A DNA stretch of 61,101 bases, counting the filler. It is 7 parts of 7 records of this genome, joined end to end, with 100 filler letters (N's around TTAATTAATTAA, not from the genome) between each part and the next. Parts side by side here need not be neighbours in the genome. Positions count along the whole stretch, not along the records: positions 38,807 to 44,637 come from SRR31156797_63918; positions 44,738 to 55,380 come from SRR31156797_63966; 5 more parts are not named here. One strand, written 5' to 3'. Position 1 is the stretch's first letter, and every line of letters starts with the position of its first letter. Of the stretch, positions 38,879-49,312 are shown piece after piece. Under the pieces are notes generated by a model. The model worked only from the letters and a program-made list of their open reading frames with translations. It had not been told where the DNA came from and searched no databases. Made by a program: the position numbers and the translations under genes.

Positions 38879-40855
38879 TTACAAGTCTTTTTCTATCGCC
38901 TCTATTGCTGCCTGGGCTTCTTCCCATTTTACATAAGCCCGCTCCAGGTAACGTTCGACCTGTGCATACTCCTTGCTTACTTCTGCCCACGATTCCTTTT
39001 GTGCGTACAATTCAGGATCTGCCATCAGCTCTTCCAGTTCGCCTTTGCGAACTTCATACTTCTCAATCTCTTTTTCAGCGTCCTGATTTTTCTTTTTCCA
39101 GGGGCCGATTTTTTTATTGAGCTGTTCACGCTCCTTTGCCCGTTGCCTGCGATGCTCTTTTTTATCTTTCAGTATGGCTCCGCCTTTCTCTATCACCTGT
39201 TGGGCATTCTGCTTCCCTGTAGAGGCCGGATTATTTGCCAAGGCTTCTTCTTCCTGCTGTCTTTGCGCCAGGTACTCATCCACATTCCCCTCGTAGATGG
39301 TTGCTTTGCCGTCTCGTATCTCCAGCACTTTATTAACAAAGGAATTGACAAAAAACCTATTATGAGAGACCACCACAATGGTCCCCTCGTATTGAGCCAT
39401 GGCTTCCTGCAGTACTTCCTGAGAGCTGATATCCAAATGGTTTGTCGGCTCATCTAGCAACATCAGGTTAGCCGGACGAACCAGCATCTTTGCCAGAGCC
39501 ACCCGTGATTTTTCCCCACCGGAGAGTACCTGCACTTTTTTCTCAACCTCGTCGCCGGTAAAAAGAAAGGTTCCCAACAACGAGCGCACCTGGGTTACAG
39601 TCATATCTACTGCCGTATGGTACACGGTGTCGAGAATACTTATCCCACCGGAAAGTTCCTGGGCCTGGTGCTGTCCGAAATAGGTCAAAACAACATTATG
39701 CCCTTGCTTGATAGTCCCTTCAGCAGGCTCCACTTCGGCAAGCATTTTCAGAAGTGTTGTTTTACCTGCACCGTTAACACCGACCACAGCCAGCTTATCA
39801 CCCCTCTGCAGGGAAAGAGAAACATCGGTGAGGACCTTCTTGCCGCCAAAGGACTTGCTCACCCCTTCCACGGTCAGCACATCTCGCCCTGAAGAGGCTG
39901 CAGGGGGGAAGGAAAAGGCAACGGTCCGGTCGGTCTCTGAGAGTTCGATCCGTTCTATTTTTTCCAGCTGCTTAACCCTACTCTGTACTTGCTTTGCCTT
40001 GGTGGACTTAGAGCGAAAACGGGTAATAAAACGCTCGGTCTGTTTAATCATGGCCTGCTGGTTATTATACGCTGCACGCTCAAGTTCCAGCCGCTGCTCT
40101 TTTTCAACCAGATAGTGGGAATAGTTACCCCGGTAAACAGTCAGTCGCCCGAGGCTGAGTTCCCAGGTTGTCGAGGTCAACCGATCAAGAAAGATCCGAT
40201 CATGGGAGATAATAATTAATGCCCCCTGATACTGCTGAAGAAAATTCTCCAGCCAGGTTAGGGAGTCCAGATCCAAATGATTGGTAGGCTCATCCAAAAG
40301 CAGTAAAGACGGTTTTCTCAGCAGCAGTTTGGCCAGCAGCAACCGCATAATCCAGCCCCCTGAAAAACTGGCTGCCGGTTTTTCAAAATCCTCAGTCTTA
40401 AACCCCAACCCACCCAAAATTCGCTCAATCTGTGGTCGAATACGAAAGACATCACACCCTTCCAGAGCATGCTGCAACTCACCCTGACGGGTCAACAGAG
40501 GCTCAAGGGCATCACTCCCCTGCTCCAGCAGAGAAAGTTCTTCACTGATTCTGTCAAGTTCTTCCTGCTGGGCAAGGACATCATCAAAGGCAGACTCAGC
40601 CTCTTCAAAAAGGGTTCGCGAACCAAGGTCAAGGGTTACCTCCTGGGGTAAATACGCCACCGAAAACCATGAGGCCCGCGATACTATGCCGGGATCCGTC
40701 TCCTGTTCTCCGCACATGATTTTTAACAGGGTCGATTTACCGGTCCCGTTTACACCTGCCAGTCCTATGCGATCACCAGTATGCACCTGGACCGCTACAT
40801 CGCGAAAAATATGTTTACTTCCATACTGGAGGTTTAAGTCATTGACACTGAGCAT
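38879..40855 (-). CDS. ABC-F family ATP-binding protein (YheS/Uup-like)
   Basis: Two ABC domains (GVNGTGKST/FSGGW/LDEPTNHLD and GVNGAGKTT/LSGGE/LDEPTNHLD), a linker, a C-terminal coiled coil and no TM segments. Confidence 0.93.
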   Translation of the reverse strand: MLSVNDLNLQYGSKHIFRDVAVQVHTGDRIGLAGVNGTGKSTLLKIMCGEQETDPGIVSRASWFSVAYLPQEVTLDLGSRTLFEEAESAFDDVLAQQEELDRISEELSLLEQGSDALEPLLTRQGELQHALEGCDVFRIRPQIERILGGLGFKTEDFEKPAASFSGGWIMRLLLAKLLLRKPSLLLLDEPTNHLDLDSLTWLENFLQQYQGALIIISHDRIFLDRLTSTTWELSLGRLTVYRGNYSHYLVEKEQRLELERAAYNNQQAMIKQTERFITRFRSKSTKAKQVQSRVKQLEKIERIELSETDRTVAFSFPPAASSGRDVLTVEGVSKSFGGKKVLTDVSLSLQRGDKLAVVGVNGAGKTTLLKMLAEVEPAEGTIKQGHNVVLTYFGQHQAQELSGGISILDTVYHTAVDMTVTQVRSLLGTFLFTGDEVEKKVQVLSGGEKSRVALAKMLVRPANLMLLDEPTNHLDISSQEVLQEAMAQYEGTIVVVSHNRFFVNSFVNKVLEIRDGKATIYEGNVDEYLAQRQQEEEALANNPASTGKQNAQQVIEKGGAILKDKKEHRRQRAKEREQLNKKIGPWKKKNQDAEKEIEKYEVRKGELEELMADPELYAQKESWAEVSKEYAQVERYLERAYVKWEEAQAAIEAIEKDL

Positions 40856-40927
40856 TAAGATCTCGTCTTTCTCTTTAAAGTACTTTGGGGAATTTAATAT
40901 TTGGGGCAGACACTAACCAGGCATTCA

Positions 40928-41953
40928 TCAAGTTGTTTTTTTATTAGCCTGGCGGGTAACCTGATAACGCTCCTGCCTGTCATCGGTTTGCAGGGAAAAA
41001 CAATCCAACAAACCCAACTCCGACAGCCGGTACGTATTTGCAGAGCGTATCCCTTTAAAAATAGACATATCTTTACTATTAATGATCAGGGTGGGGCAGG
41101 ATTCTACCTGCCCTTGCAAGAGCGCCCTCGTCTGCTTGAGCATCAACCTGGACAAAACCATCTCCCCAAAAGAGGGGTGATAGGGTCCGGCAAGCAGAGA
41201 ACTTTCCAAGGACTCTCCAGCCTGCAGTCCCATGCGTATAACCCGGATGTCCTCACGATCAAAGTTTTTTTTCATATATGCTGCCTGCAAAACGGCCTTG
41301 CCCAGTGAGAGCGGTGCATATGTACCTTTTTGACAGGCAGCTTCCAAGCCGCTGCCCTTCACCACCAGTACCGGATAAATACGCACAAAGTCAGGCTGCA
41401 ACTGGATTGTTTGCACGACTGTCCGTCGTAGTGAGCTAAAGGACTGACCAGGCAGGCCAAGCATTAATTGCATGCCTACCTGAAACGAACCCTTTTGCAG
41501 CATTTCCACGGCTCTGTACACATCCCCTTTACTATGACCGCGTCCTGCCTGCTTGAGAACGTTGTCATCCAGTGACTGTACTCCAAGCTCAACAATTTCT
41601 ACCTGGTGTTTCTTCAGCAGGGCAAGTTTCTCCTGATCGATATAATCAGGACGGGTAGAAAGTCGTATCTGGTGCACCCTTCCCTTATCCAGAAAAGGGG
41701 CAACAGCGCCAAGCAACTCCTGCTGTCTATCATACGCAAGACCAGTAAAACTGCCGCCATAAAAAGCGACCTGGACAGGGTGAGCCTGCTTGGACAAAAA
41801 ACGATCCAGCCAGGTTGCTATGGTTGACGTGACTTCTGCGGGCGTCACCCGCTGTACAGTGCTGCCGCTGATGGAATTTTGATTACAAAAGATGCAGCTG
41901 TGCGGACACCCTTCATGGGGTATGAAAATCGGGATAATAGAAGTCATATACAC
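40928..41953 (-). CDS. Radical SAM protein (Elp3/HemN-like, rnc-linked)
   Basis: IPIFIPHEGCPHSCIFCNQ, AFYGGSFT, STRPD, ELGVQS and GPYHPSFGE motifs. Confidence 0.88.
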   Translation of the reverse strand: MYMTSIIPIFIPHEGCPHSCIFCNQNSISGSTVQRVTPAEVTSTIATWLDRFLSKQAHPVQVAFYGGSFTGLAYDRQQELLGAVAPFLDKGRVHQIRLSTRPDYIDQEKLALLKKHQVEIVELGVQSLDDNVLKQAGRGHSKGDVYRAVEMLQKGSFQVGMQLMLGLPGQSFSSLRRTVVQTIQLQPDFVRIYPVLVVKGSGLEAACQKGTYAPLSLGKAVLQAAYMKKNFDREDIRVIRMGLQAGESLESSLLAGPYHPSFGEMVLSRLMLKQTRALLQGQVESCPTLIINSKDMSIFKGIRSANTYRLSELGLLDCFSLQTDDRQERYQVTRQANKKTT

Positions 41954-41986
41954 TCAGGACAAAGGAGAGATCCAGGTCAATAGAAG

Positions 41987-42727
41987 CTACAGCTCGTTTT
42001 CTTTTGTCTGCTGCAGCTGCTGTAGCGCAACCTGGGCAGCCTGCTGTTCCGCTTCCTTTTTGCTTGAAGCAGTTCCCAGCCCCAGCTCTTTTCCCTGGAA
42101 ACAGGCGGCAATGGAAAACTGGCGCGCATGGGCTGGCCCCTCTTCACTTTTTAACACATACTCAGGCCCTTCATTAAACTGCTCCTGCAAAAATTCCTGA
42201 AGGGAACTCTTGGCATCGGCAATAATAAGATGATCACCGCGCTTGGCAATATGCGGCTCAAAAAAGCGTCGTACAAAGTCCAGGGCAGCACCATAACCGC
42301 CGTCAAGGAAAAGCGCCCCCACCAGGGCCTCATAGGCGCAGGAAAGGATGGACGGTTTCTCTCTTCCTTTTGAGGCATTTTCGCCTCGCCCCAGCAATAA
42401 GTACTTTCCCAGGTCAACTCCTCTTGCCATGTGAGCAAGTCCGCCTTCGTTAACCAACGCTGAACGGATCCGGGTCAACTTGCCTTCCCGTAAATCCGGA
42501 AAGCTGGTGTAAAGGATATAGCCCACTGTCAAATCAAGCACAGCATCGCCAAGGAATTCCAGCGTTTCGTTGTGACGCTTGTCATCTAATCGTTCAAATG
42601 CATAGGAGCTGTGCACGAGAGAGAGCTGCAGGAGCTGCAGGTCACGGAATTGATACCCGATCCGTTCCTGCAGCTCCTGCAGTTCCTCTTCGTGGTCCTG
42701 CACCAAAGCCCAAAGTGTTGTTCCCAT
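41987..42727 (-). CDS. rnc: Ribonuclease III
   Basis: HNETLEFLGDAVL signature, EALVGALFLD and a C-terminal dsRBD (K..LQE, GPAH, SKKEAEQ.AA). Confidence 0.97.
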   Translation of the reverse strand: MGTTLWALVQDHEEELQELQERIGYQFRDLQLLQLSLVHSSYAFERLDDKRHNETLEFLGDAVLDLTVGYILYTSFPDLREGKLTRIRSALVNEGGLAHMARGVDLGKYLLLGRGENASKGREKPSILSCAYEALVGALFLDGGYGAALDFVRRFFEPHIAKRGDHLIIADAKSSLQEFLQEQFNEGPEYVLKSEEGPAHARQFSIAACFQGKELGLGTASSKKEAEQQAAQVALQQLQQTKENEL

Positions 42728-42787
42728 AAATGCAATTTCCTCTTGTCAAAATTTTTATCTGTGGTATAAGATGTCGCACTTTCTAAC

Positions 42788-42862
42788 GGCGACGTAGCCA
42801 AGCGGTAAGGCAGTGGTCTGCAAAACCATTATTCAGCGGTTCAAATCCGCTCGTCGCCTCCA
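42788..42862 (+). tRNA. tRNA-Cys(GCA)
   Basis: GGCGACG/CGTCGCC acceptor stem, GTGGT-CTGCAAA-ACCAT anticodon arm, GGTTCAAATCC T-arm and encoded CCA. Confidence 0.97.
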
Positions 42863-42869
42863 GACATTC

Positions 42870-42904
42870 AAAAGGGTCACAGTTTTTACTGTGACCCTTT
42901 TTTT
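42870..42904 (+). terminator. Rho-independent terminator after the tRNA
   Basis: AAAAGGGTCACAGT-TTTT-ACTGTGACCCTTTTTTT. Confidence 0.9.
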
Positions 42905-43141
42905 ATTTCCCTGCCCAATAAGCGTAAAATGCCTCCGGCAACAAATCCGGTTAACACTTACTTCATATTCCCTTTAAGTTCAACAAAGAGAAATGTCCCT
43001 TACCCCTGCTATTTAAAATTCCGGAAACGCGAACTTAATCCGGACAAACAGGTTCTTTCAAGCAACACTCCAACCACAACACAACCACGCAAGAAAGTTG
43101 CAAACACACAATTAAACAAAAAAAAAGCCCTGCAGGAAAAC

Positions 43142-43157
43142 AGGTGCAAAGCTTGCA
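43142..43157 (+). promoter_or_regulatory. Putative sigma54 promoter of the PEP-CTERM gene
   Basis: AGGTGCAAAGCTTGCA (GG-N10-GC with TTGCA) about 40 bp before the ATG; the -24 box is imperfect. Confidence 0.5.
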
Positions 43158-43194
43158 TATCTATATGGAAGATCAATCCACTGCGGGGGAAACC

Positions 43195-43872
43195 ATGAAA
43201 CACAACTTGACAACCAGCGTGCTTTTTGTTTTGGGAATACTGTTTATAAGTGTTCTTCAGGCACAAGCATTGACACTTACAGCAGACACCGTTTTTTATG
43301 AAGAAGAAGGGGTATTCAAACCAGCCCCTGACGGCACCGCCCCTTGGCTAACAGCTCTCTTTGTACAAGATGGTAACAATGTCAACCTTACCTTAACCGC
43401 CAATTTCACGGACTCGCAAACTGATAATTTCATCAGTGAAATTTATTTAAATTATGAAGGAATAGAATCATCATCGATCGCTGCAACAGCTCAAGCACCT
43501 GTTGAGGCTATTTCTTTTGGAAAAGACTCATATAAAGCGGATGGCACGGGAGGATATTTTGACATTTTTATCGAATTACCAACTAGCAATAATCCTAATA
43601 ACCTCCCCGCTAACAGATTCAACGAAAACGATGAGATTACAATAGTTTTTTCAGACGCTTTAGTTGCCAACTTTGATGCACTTGCTCAAAGTGTCCAAGA
43701 TTTTGCTTCTCCTTTTAGTATTGCCGCCCATGTGCAAAGCATCTCAACTGACCCACCTGGCTCAACATGGATTGGAGGTGACGCAGATCCAATCCCCGAA
43801 CCAACGACCATGCTTCTTTTCGGCACCGGTCTTGCCTGCCTGACAGGTGTTATTCGGAAAAAGCGGAAATAG
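43195..43872 (+). CDS. PEP-CTERM sorting-domain protein
   Basis: Signal peptide ending AQA; C-terminal IPEPTTMLLFGTGLACLTGVIRKKRK. Confidence 0.93.
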   Translation: MKHNLTTSVLFVLGILFISVLQAQALTLTADTVFYEEEGVFKPAPDGTAPWLTALFVQDGNNVNLTLTANFTDSQTDNFISEIYLNYEGIESSSIAATAQAPVEAISFGKDSYKADGTGGYFDIFIELPTSNNPNNLPANRFNENDEITIVFSDALVANFDALAQSVQDFASPFSIAAHVQSISTDPPGSTWIGGDADPIPEPTTMLLFGTGLACLTGVIRKKRK

Positions 43873-43900
43873 TACTTCCCATTTTCCGGAAAAAAATCCG

Positions 43901-43932
43901 GAAAAAACGGAGCCGCAAGGCTCCGTTTTTTC
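43901..43932. terminator. Bidirectional intrinsic terminator
   Basis: GAAAAAACGGAGCC-GCAA-GGCTCCGTTTTTTC between convergent genes. Confidence 0.88.
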
Positions 43933-43949
43933 CTTTTCCATTCCCCCGC

Positions 43950-44498
43950 TTACTCTCCCACCGCTAGACCATACTCCTGCTCAATGGTATGCACAGCCCC
44001 CTGTCTGCCGAGCACACTGGAATAGAGCCTGAAATTGTCCACCATAAACTGTTCTGTACAGAAAAGGCCATACTCTTCCAGGTAGCGGGCCACCTGGCTT
44101 ACCGGCGTGTTTTTCAAACGGGCAAGAGTGATATGCGGGGCAAATTTTCGTTTCTCCAGCTTTACCCCTACTCGGGTCAAACAGGTATAGATTTTATGGT
44201 GAAGCGCATGGAGTTGTTCATTTTTCTCAACACCCACCCAAACCACTCTCGGCTTTCCCCTGGGAGGAAAAAACCCCAGCCCATCCAAACGCATGGAAAA
44301 AGGTTCTGCGATGATGTGTGAAAGTTCTTCCCGGATATCGTGAAAAATTGCCCCCTCCACCTCACCAATAAAACAAAGTGTCAGGTGCAGTTGTTCCGGT
44401 GTTACCCAACGCGCAGAGGGCAGCCCGCAACAAAGCCGCTCTATTCTGGCCGTGATCGATCCTGGCAAATCCAAGGCAACAAACAACCTTTTTTTCAT
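43950..44498 (-). CDS. thpR: RNA 2',3'-cyclic phosphodiesterase (2H phosphoesterase)
   Basis: RLFVAL, HLTL.F.G, RVVW.G and PHITLAR (two HxT motifs). Confidence 0.92.
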   Translation of the reverse strand: MKKRLFVALDLPGSITARIERLCCGLPSARWVTPEQLHLTLCFIGEVEGAIFHDIREELSHIIAEPFSMRLDGLGFFPPRGKPRVVWVGVEKNEQLHALHHKIYTCLTRVGVKLEKRKFAPHITLARLKNTPVSQVARYLEEYGLFCTEQFMVDNFRLYSSVLGRQGAVHTIEQEYGLAVGE

Positions 44499-44544
44499 CG
44501 GCTTATCCGGGTAATACCCATCTGCAACCAGTACCTTTCCACTG

Positions 44545-44637
44545 TCAGGCCGTACACCAGTCCATGCCAATATCACAGGCAGGGGCTGAATGGGTCAACC
44601 CACCAACGGAAATCACATCCACCCCGGTTTCGGCAAT
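44545..44637 (-). CDS. nadC: Quinolinate phosphoribosyltransferase C-terminus (truncated)
   Basis: Manual translation [26 protein letters not shown] matches the NadC C-terminal motif. Confidence 0.85.
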   Translation of the reverse strand: MAETGVDVISVGGLTHSAPACDIGMDWCTA

Positions 44638-44737
44638 NNNNNNNNNNNNNNNNNNNNNNNNNNNNNNNNNNNNNNNNNNNNTTAATTAATTAANNNNNNN
44701 NNNNNNNNNNNNNNNNNNNNNNNNNNNNNNNNNNNNN
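44638..44737. other. Artificial contig linker
   Basis: N-run + TTAATTAATTAA + N-run. Confidence 0.99.
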
Positions 44738-45122
44738 CTGGGATTCTTTTCGGACTTTTCGAAAATCGCCCAGAAGAAATTGACTTCCGTTTATTTTTAT
44801 TTCATGCAATTGCCCCGTAAACATTATTGATTTTACGGACTATGTTCATTACACTGGATGCCTGTCAATAAATAGGATAGCGCTTTTCAAAAAGATCTCA
44901 TCTTAAAAGGATGATCTTATGCCCACTTTCATGATGGCGCCAAATTCGCTCTCTCTTTCTCTTTTTTACCCCGCCAACTTTAAGGGAAGATCTGTCAAAA
45001 ACATCTGAAGATGCCCGGGTGGCCATAGGGGGTGTGATCAGATCCATGAAGCCTTTTCCTCAAATTACATCTCGACCTTTTAGCAAGTGTTGGGTGAACC
45101 CTGAACCTTTAATGGCGATTCC

Positions 45123-47201
45123 TTGGAGACCGGGATGAAAAAGCATAAAAGGGGTCAATATAAACGGGATCTCCCACGGCGCGCGGCGGAAGAGATCGAG
45201 GGCCGCAGGGAAAAGAGTGCGAATGTCTCATCCCCGGGATCTGAGGAGAAGGATGGGGCTTCACATTGGGCTAAGCTTGAGAGCATGCCTATCCAGATTA
45301 ATCCATCGGATTCTCCCCGGATTCGAACGGCGGTCATGGATATCGCGAAAGAGAAGAAAGAAGGCGAATCGCTTTTTGAGAGCGAACAGCGGTACCGCTC
45401 CCTGTATAACGATACCCCTGTCATGTTGCATTCCATTGACCATGAGGGGCTGATTATCAGCGCCAGCGACTATTGGCTGGATACATTAGGCTACGAACGG
45501 GAAGAAGTGATTGGCCGGAAACTCGTGACGTTTTTCACGGAAGAATCAAGGGATTTTGCGGAGAGAGTCGCTCTGCCTGAATTCTTCAAAACCGGTTTTG
45601 TAAAGGATATTTCCTACCGGATGATAAAGAAAAATGGCGAGACCATGGATGTGCTCCTTTCCGCCATTGCTGAAAGAGATTCCGCGGGAAATGTTATTCG
45701 TTCCCTCGCGGTCTTGATGGATGTGACGGAGCGAAAGCGGGCTGAAAATGAATTAAATGAACTGAACCAGGCCATTCTGGAGCAGAACGACTGGATTGTT
45801 TCCATAAACCGGATCGTTACGAACCTCGGTAAAACCTTAACGCTGCCGGAAGCTGTGGCGGTTATGATTTCTGCGCTAAAGGAAGATATGGACATAACGC
45901 GGTTCCTCCTGGCAGTAAAGATGGAAAACGGGGATTTAGAATGTGTGAGAAATGAAGGATTCCCCCAATCATCAAAAGCGATTCATAATGCCATGATGGA
46001 AGACGCCGCCTGTCAAGTGGTCCTGGATAGAAGGCGAAAACTGGGAAAAGCCGATTTCGAGGGAAGATTTTCCTGTTTGGACGACTATTTTCCTAACTGG
46101 GCCATTTGGCCCTTGAAAGGGAAAAAAGACGTTCTGGGCTTCCTGATTGTAGATGAAAACGACCCTAAAAAGAGTGATAACCTGGGAACTTTTCTCAATC
46201 AGGCAATCCCTTTTTTTGAAAATGTCATGCTTTACGAAGATATGGCCAGGGTGAACGAAACCCTGGCGCAGGAAGTCAAATCCCGGAAAAAAGTAGAGGA
46301 GGCGTTGAAATATGCTCATAATGGATTGGAACAACGGGTAGAGGAACGCACCGCCGAACTGAGAGAAGCCAACGTGCAACTGCTGAAAGAAATAGAAGAA
46401 CGCAAGGCGGCAGTAGATGCTAAAAGAGTGGTGGAACAGGAACTGGAAAAGCAACGGGTCTTATCCATACATAGGGACCGTCTGCTTTCACTGGGGGAAA
46501 TGGCTGCAGGGATTGCCCACGAACTCAACCAGCCCCTTGCGGGGGTTCGCGGGCTTGCTGAACATATTCTGATCGGCATGGATAGAAAGTGGGATTTTCC
46601 AGAGGAAAGGATCCGTGAAAAGCTCAATCTCATTGTGCAACAGGCAGACAGGATGTCCCACATTATAGAGCACGTGCGCATATTCGCCAGGGAAGCGGGC
46701 AAGCCGGAGGTTCGGTCCGTGAACGTGAATGAGGTGGTGAAATCAGGCGTGGACATGCTGGGCGCCCAATTTAAGGTTCACGGGATGGAATTGGAATGCG
46801 ATTTTTCAGGAAACCTCCCCCTTGTGCGAGCGAATCCCTTCTCCCTGGAGGAGGTGGTGCTGAATCTGATGACCAACGCCCGCGATGCCGTGGAAGAGCG
46901 ACTGGAAAAAGCGTCGGCCTCTTCCGCTTCCCTTTCAATCCTGCTGCGCACGCTGCTCGATGGAGAAGGCGGCGATCAGCGAGTGAAAATCCAGGTGGTT
47001 GACAGAGGCGTTGGCATCTCACGGGAAGTCCTGGCAAGAGTCTTTGATCCCTTTTTTACAACGAAGGAGCCGGACAAGGGAACAGGTCTTGGGCTGTCAA
47101 TCTCTAAATCCATTGTAGCGGAGTTCGGCGGCGGCTTGGAAATTCAATCGACGCCCGGAGAGGGAACGACGGTAACCGTCTCACTACCCGTTGGATATTA
47201 A
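45123..47201 (+). CDS. Cytoplasmic PAS/GAF sensor histidine kinase (NtrB-like)
   Basis: PAS-PAC, GAF-like region, AHELNQPL H-box, NL..NARDA, D.G.G and FFTTK...GTGLGL. Exact start uncertain. Confidence 0.92.
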   Translation: METGMKKHKRGQYKRDLPRRAAEEIEGRREKSANVSSPGSEEKDGASHWAKLESMPIQINPSDSPRIRTAVMDIAKEKKEGESLFESEQRYRSLYNDTPVMLHSIDHEGLIISASDYWLDTLGYEREEVIGRKLVTFFTEESRDFAERVALPEFFKTGFVKDISYRMIKKNGETMDVLLSAIAERDSAGNVIRSLAVLMDVTERKRAENELNELNQAILEQNDWIVSINRIVTNLGKTLTLPEAVAVMISALKEDMDITRFLLAVKMENGDLECVRNEGFPQSSKAIHNAMMEDAACQVVLDRRRKLGKADFEGRFSCLDDYFPNWAIWPLKGKKDVLGFLIVDENDPKKSDNLGTFLNQAIPFFENVMLYEDMARVNETLAQEVKSRKKVEEALKYAHNGLEQRVEERTAELREANVQLLKEIEERKAAVDAKRVVEQELEKQRVLSIHRDRLLSLGEMAAGIAHELNQPLAGVRGLAEHILIGMDRKWDFPEERIREKLNLIVQQADRMSHIIEHVRIFAREAGKPEVRSVNVNEVVKSGVDMLGAQFKVHGMELECDFSGNLPLVRANPFSLEEVVLNLMTNARDAVEERLEKASASSASLSILLRTLLDGEGGDQRVKIQVVDRGVGISREVLARVFDPFFTTKEPDKGTGLGLSISKSIVAEFGGGLEIQSTPGEGTTVTVSLPVGY

Positions 47202-47254
47202 ATATTGAATATTTTGGATTGAATATTGAATTTTAAATCCCGTCAGGAGCGGTC

Positions 47255-48628
47255 ATGGTTGCAGAACATTCTTTGCAAATCCTTCTGGTGGACGATGAGC
47301 TGGTCATCCACCGGACTATCGGCGAGTATCTCCGGGATTCCGGACACCACGTGGTGAGCGCCCATGACGGTATTGCCGGTTTGAAGTCCATTGAAGCCTG
47401 CGACTACGATCTGGCGCTGATTGATCTGAAAATGCCGGGCGCGGACGGCATGTCTCTCCTGGGCGAGATTCAAAAGATTCGTCCTGCCACGCCGGTGGTC
47501 ATCATCACCGGTCACGGGTCCATGGAAAAGGTGATCCAGGCGCTGAGGCTCGGCGCCGCGGATTTCCTGACGAAACCCATAAAGCTGCTTGAACTGGATG
47601 CCGTCCTGGAAAAATCCGTTAACATCCGTTCCCTCCTTTTGGAGAAGCTCAATCTCAGAGCGACGATTGGCGTTATACAAACCTCACTTGAAAATCGTAT
47701 GCAAAAACAGAGGTTTGTCGCTGCGAGCCCTGCCATGCAAGAGGTGCGGGAAAAGATCAGGCAGGCCGTGGAGGCGGCCTGCGACACCATCCTCATTGAA
47801 GGGGAGACGGGCGTCGGGAAAGAGGTCGTAGCGCGCCACATTCACTTTGAGGCCGGTTCCTATGAAAGCCCTTTTATTGCAGTGTCCTGCCCTGCATTGC
47901 CGGAATCCCTTGTGGAAAGTGAATTGTTCGGTCACGTGAAGGGATCATTCACAGGGGCCACACGGGATAGAGCGGGATATTTCGAGCTTGCCGACGGCGG
48001 CGCCCTCTTTTTGGACGAGGTGGCGGACCTTTCTCCCGCTGCACAGGCCAAGCTTCTTCGCGTTCTGGAGACGCGCACCATAAGGCGCGTGGGGGGCGCC
48101 AGAGAGATCAACGTCAAGGTTCGGGTTATCGCGGCCACCAATGCGTCCCTGGAAGGGCTCATTGAATCAGGCAAGTTCAGGCGCGATCTTTACTACAGAC
48201 TCAATGTGTACCCGATCAAGCTTTTGCCTCTCCGGGAGCGAGTCGAGGATATCATCCCCATGGCCGAGCATTTTTTATGGGTCTATGGGATAAAGAGAGG
48301 TCTCCAATTCGAGGGCTTCTCCCCTGAAGCGAAACGTTCGCTCTTGAGCTGCAATTTCCCCGGCAACGCCCGTGAACTCCGCAATATGGTCGAACGAGCG
48401 GCTATCCTGTGCCGATCCGGCCGGATCCTGCCGGAACATATCAGCCTTCCCAAAAGGCCGGGGGGCCAAATCGCCTCCTCGCCCGGGCCTGCCGGCGGCG
48501 ACCAGGAACGCGCCCGCCTTCTAAAGGCCCTGGAAGATGCCAAATGGAACCGCCGGGGGGCAGCCAGAAACCTCGGCATGCCCTACTCCACTCTGAGGTA
48601 CAAGCTGAAAGCACTGGGGATTGAATGA
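47255..48628 (+). CDS. sigma54-dependent response regulator (NtrC family)
   Basis: Receiver domain, GETGVGKE, ESELFGH.KGSFTGA, LFLDEV, PGNAREL.N and Fis-type HTH. Confidence 0.95.
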   Translation: MVAEHSLQILLVDDELVIHRTIGEYLRDSGHHVVSAHDGIAGLKSIEACDYDLALIDLKMPGADGMSLLGEIQKIRPATPVVIITGHGSMEKVIQALRLGAADFLTKPIKLLELDAVLEKSVNIRSLLLEKLNLRATIGVIQTSLENRMQKQRFVAASPAMQEVREKIRQAVEAACDTILIEGETGVGKEVVARHIHFEAGSYESPFIAVSCPALPESLVESELFGHVKGSFTGATRDRAGYFELADGGALFLDEVADLSPAAQAKLLRVLETRTIRRVGGAREINVKVRVIAATNASLEGLIESGKFRRDLYYRLNVYPIKLLPLRERVEDIIPMAEHFLWVYGIKRGLQFEGFSPEAKRSLLSCNFPGNARELRNMVERAAILCRSGRILPEHISLPKRPGGQIASSPGPAGGDQERARLLKALEDAKWNRRGAARNLGMPYSTLRYKLKALGIE

Positions 48629-48721
48629 TTGGGGACTTGTCCGCCGGCAGTGTGGCGGATTGACCATTTCATCTTTTCCTTACTCCCCAAAATGACCGGA
48701 GTGCGCCAATTCCTTGGCAAC

Positions 48722-48757
48722 TGTTGCTAACAACTGTTACTAAAAAAGTTAGCAACA
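48722..48757. promoter_or_regulatory. Inverted repeat, candidate enhancer (UAS)
   Basis: TGTTGCTAAC-N16-GTTAGCAACA about 85-120 bp upstream of a sigma54 promoter. Confidence 0.55.
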
Positions 48758-48841
48758 TGGCTTTGCCCCACTCCGTTCCTCGTTGCTCCATTCTCATTGA
48801 ACCATCCTTTTTTCAAATATTTATGTTTCTTCCAGCATCTC

Positions 48842-48857
48842 TGGCAGGCGAATTGCT
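48842..48857 (+). promoter_or_regulatory. sigma54 promoter of the chemosensory operon
   Basis: TGGCAGGCGAATTGCT matches TGGCA-N6-TTGCT. Confidence 0.8.
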
Positions 48858-48927
48858 TATGGGAATTACGACAATCGATATTCCTTGTTCGATATTTCAT
48901 CAAGTCTCACATGACGGGGTCGCCTCC

Positions 48928-49302
48928 ATGCACATATGCGTCGTTCATGAGGACCGGATCGTAGCGTCAACGCTCCATGATTTCCTGACCGATCTTGGGC
49001 ACGACGTTTTAATGCTTCATGGGGTTGATACGCTGCTTGAAGGATTAGAGAAGGCCCCCGCAATGGCGGACATTGTTATTGCAGACTTGCGAATGAACAA
49101 TTTAAACGACGTTTCCGCGGTAAAAAAAGCTCACGAGCGGTATCCCCATATTCACATCATCGCCATGGATGCAGCCGGTTGGATTCCTCCCCCGGAACTG
49201 GCCTTATCCTGCGGCATTCACGCCTTTATTCGTAAACCGATCCGCTTTTCCGAACTGGAACTCATGCTCATCCGGCTGCCTGAGACCAGAGCGAGACCTT
49301 GA
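48928..49302 (+). CDS. Atypical single-domain response regulator
   Basis: CVVHED, IVIADLRM and AFIRKP receiver pattern; ATG at 48928 lies downstream of the sigma54 promoter. Confidence 0.75.
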   Translation: MHICVVHEDRIVASTLHDFLTDLGHDVLMLHGVDTLLEGLEKAPAMADIVIADLRMNNLNDVSAVKKAHERYPHIHIIAMDAAGWIPPPELALSCGIHAFIRKPIRFSELELMLIRLPETRARP

Positions 49303-49312
49303 GGAGAAAGAG

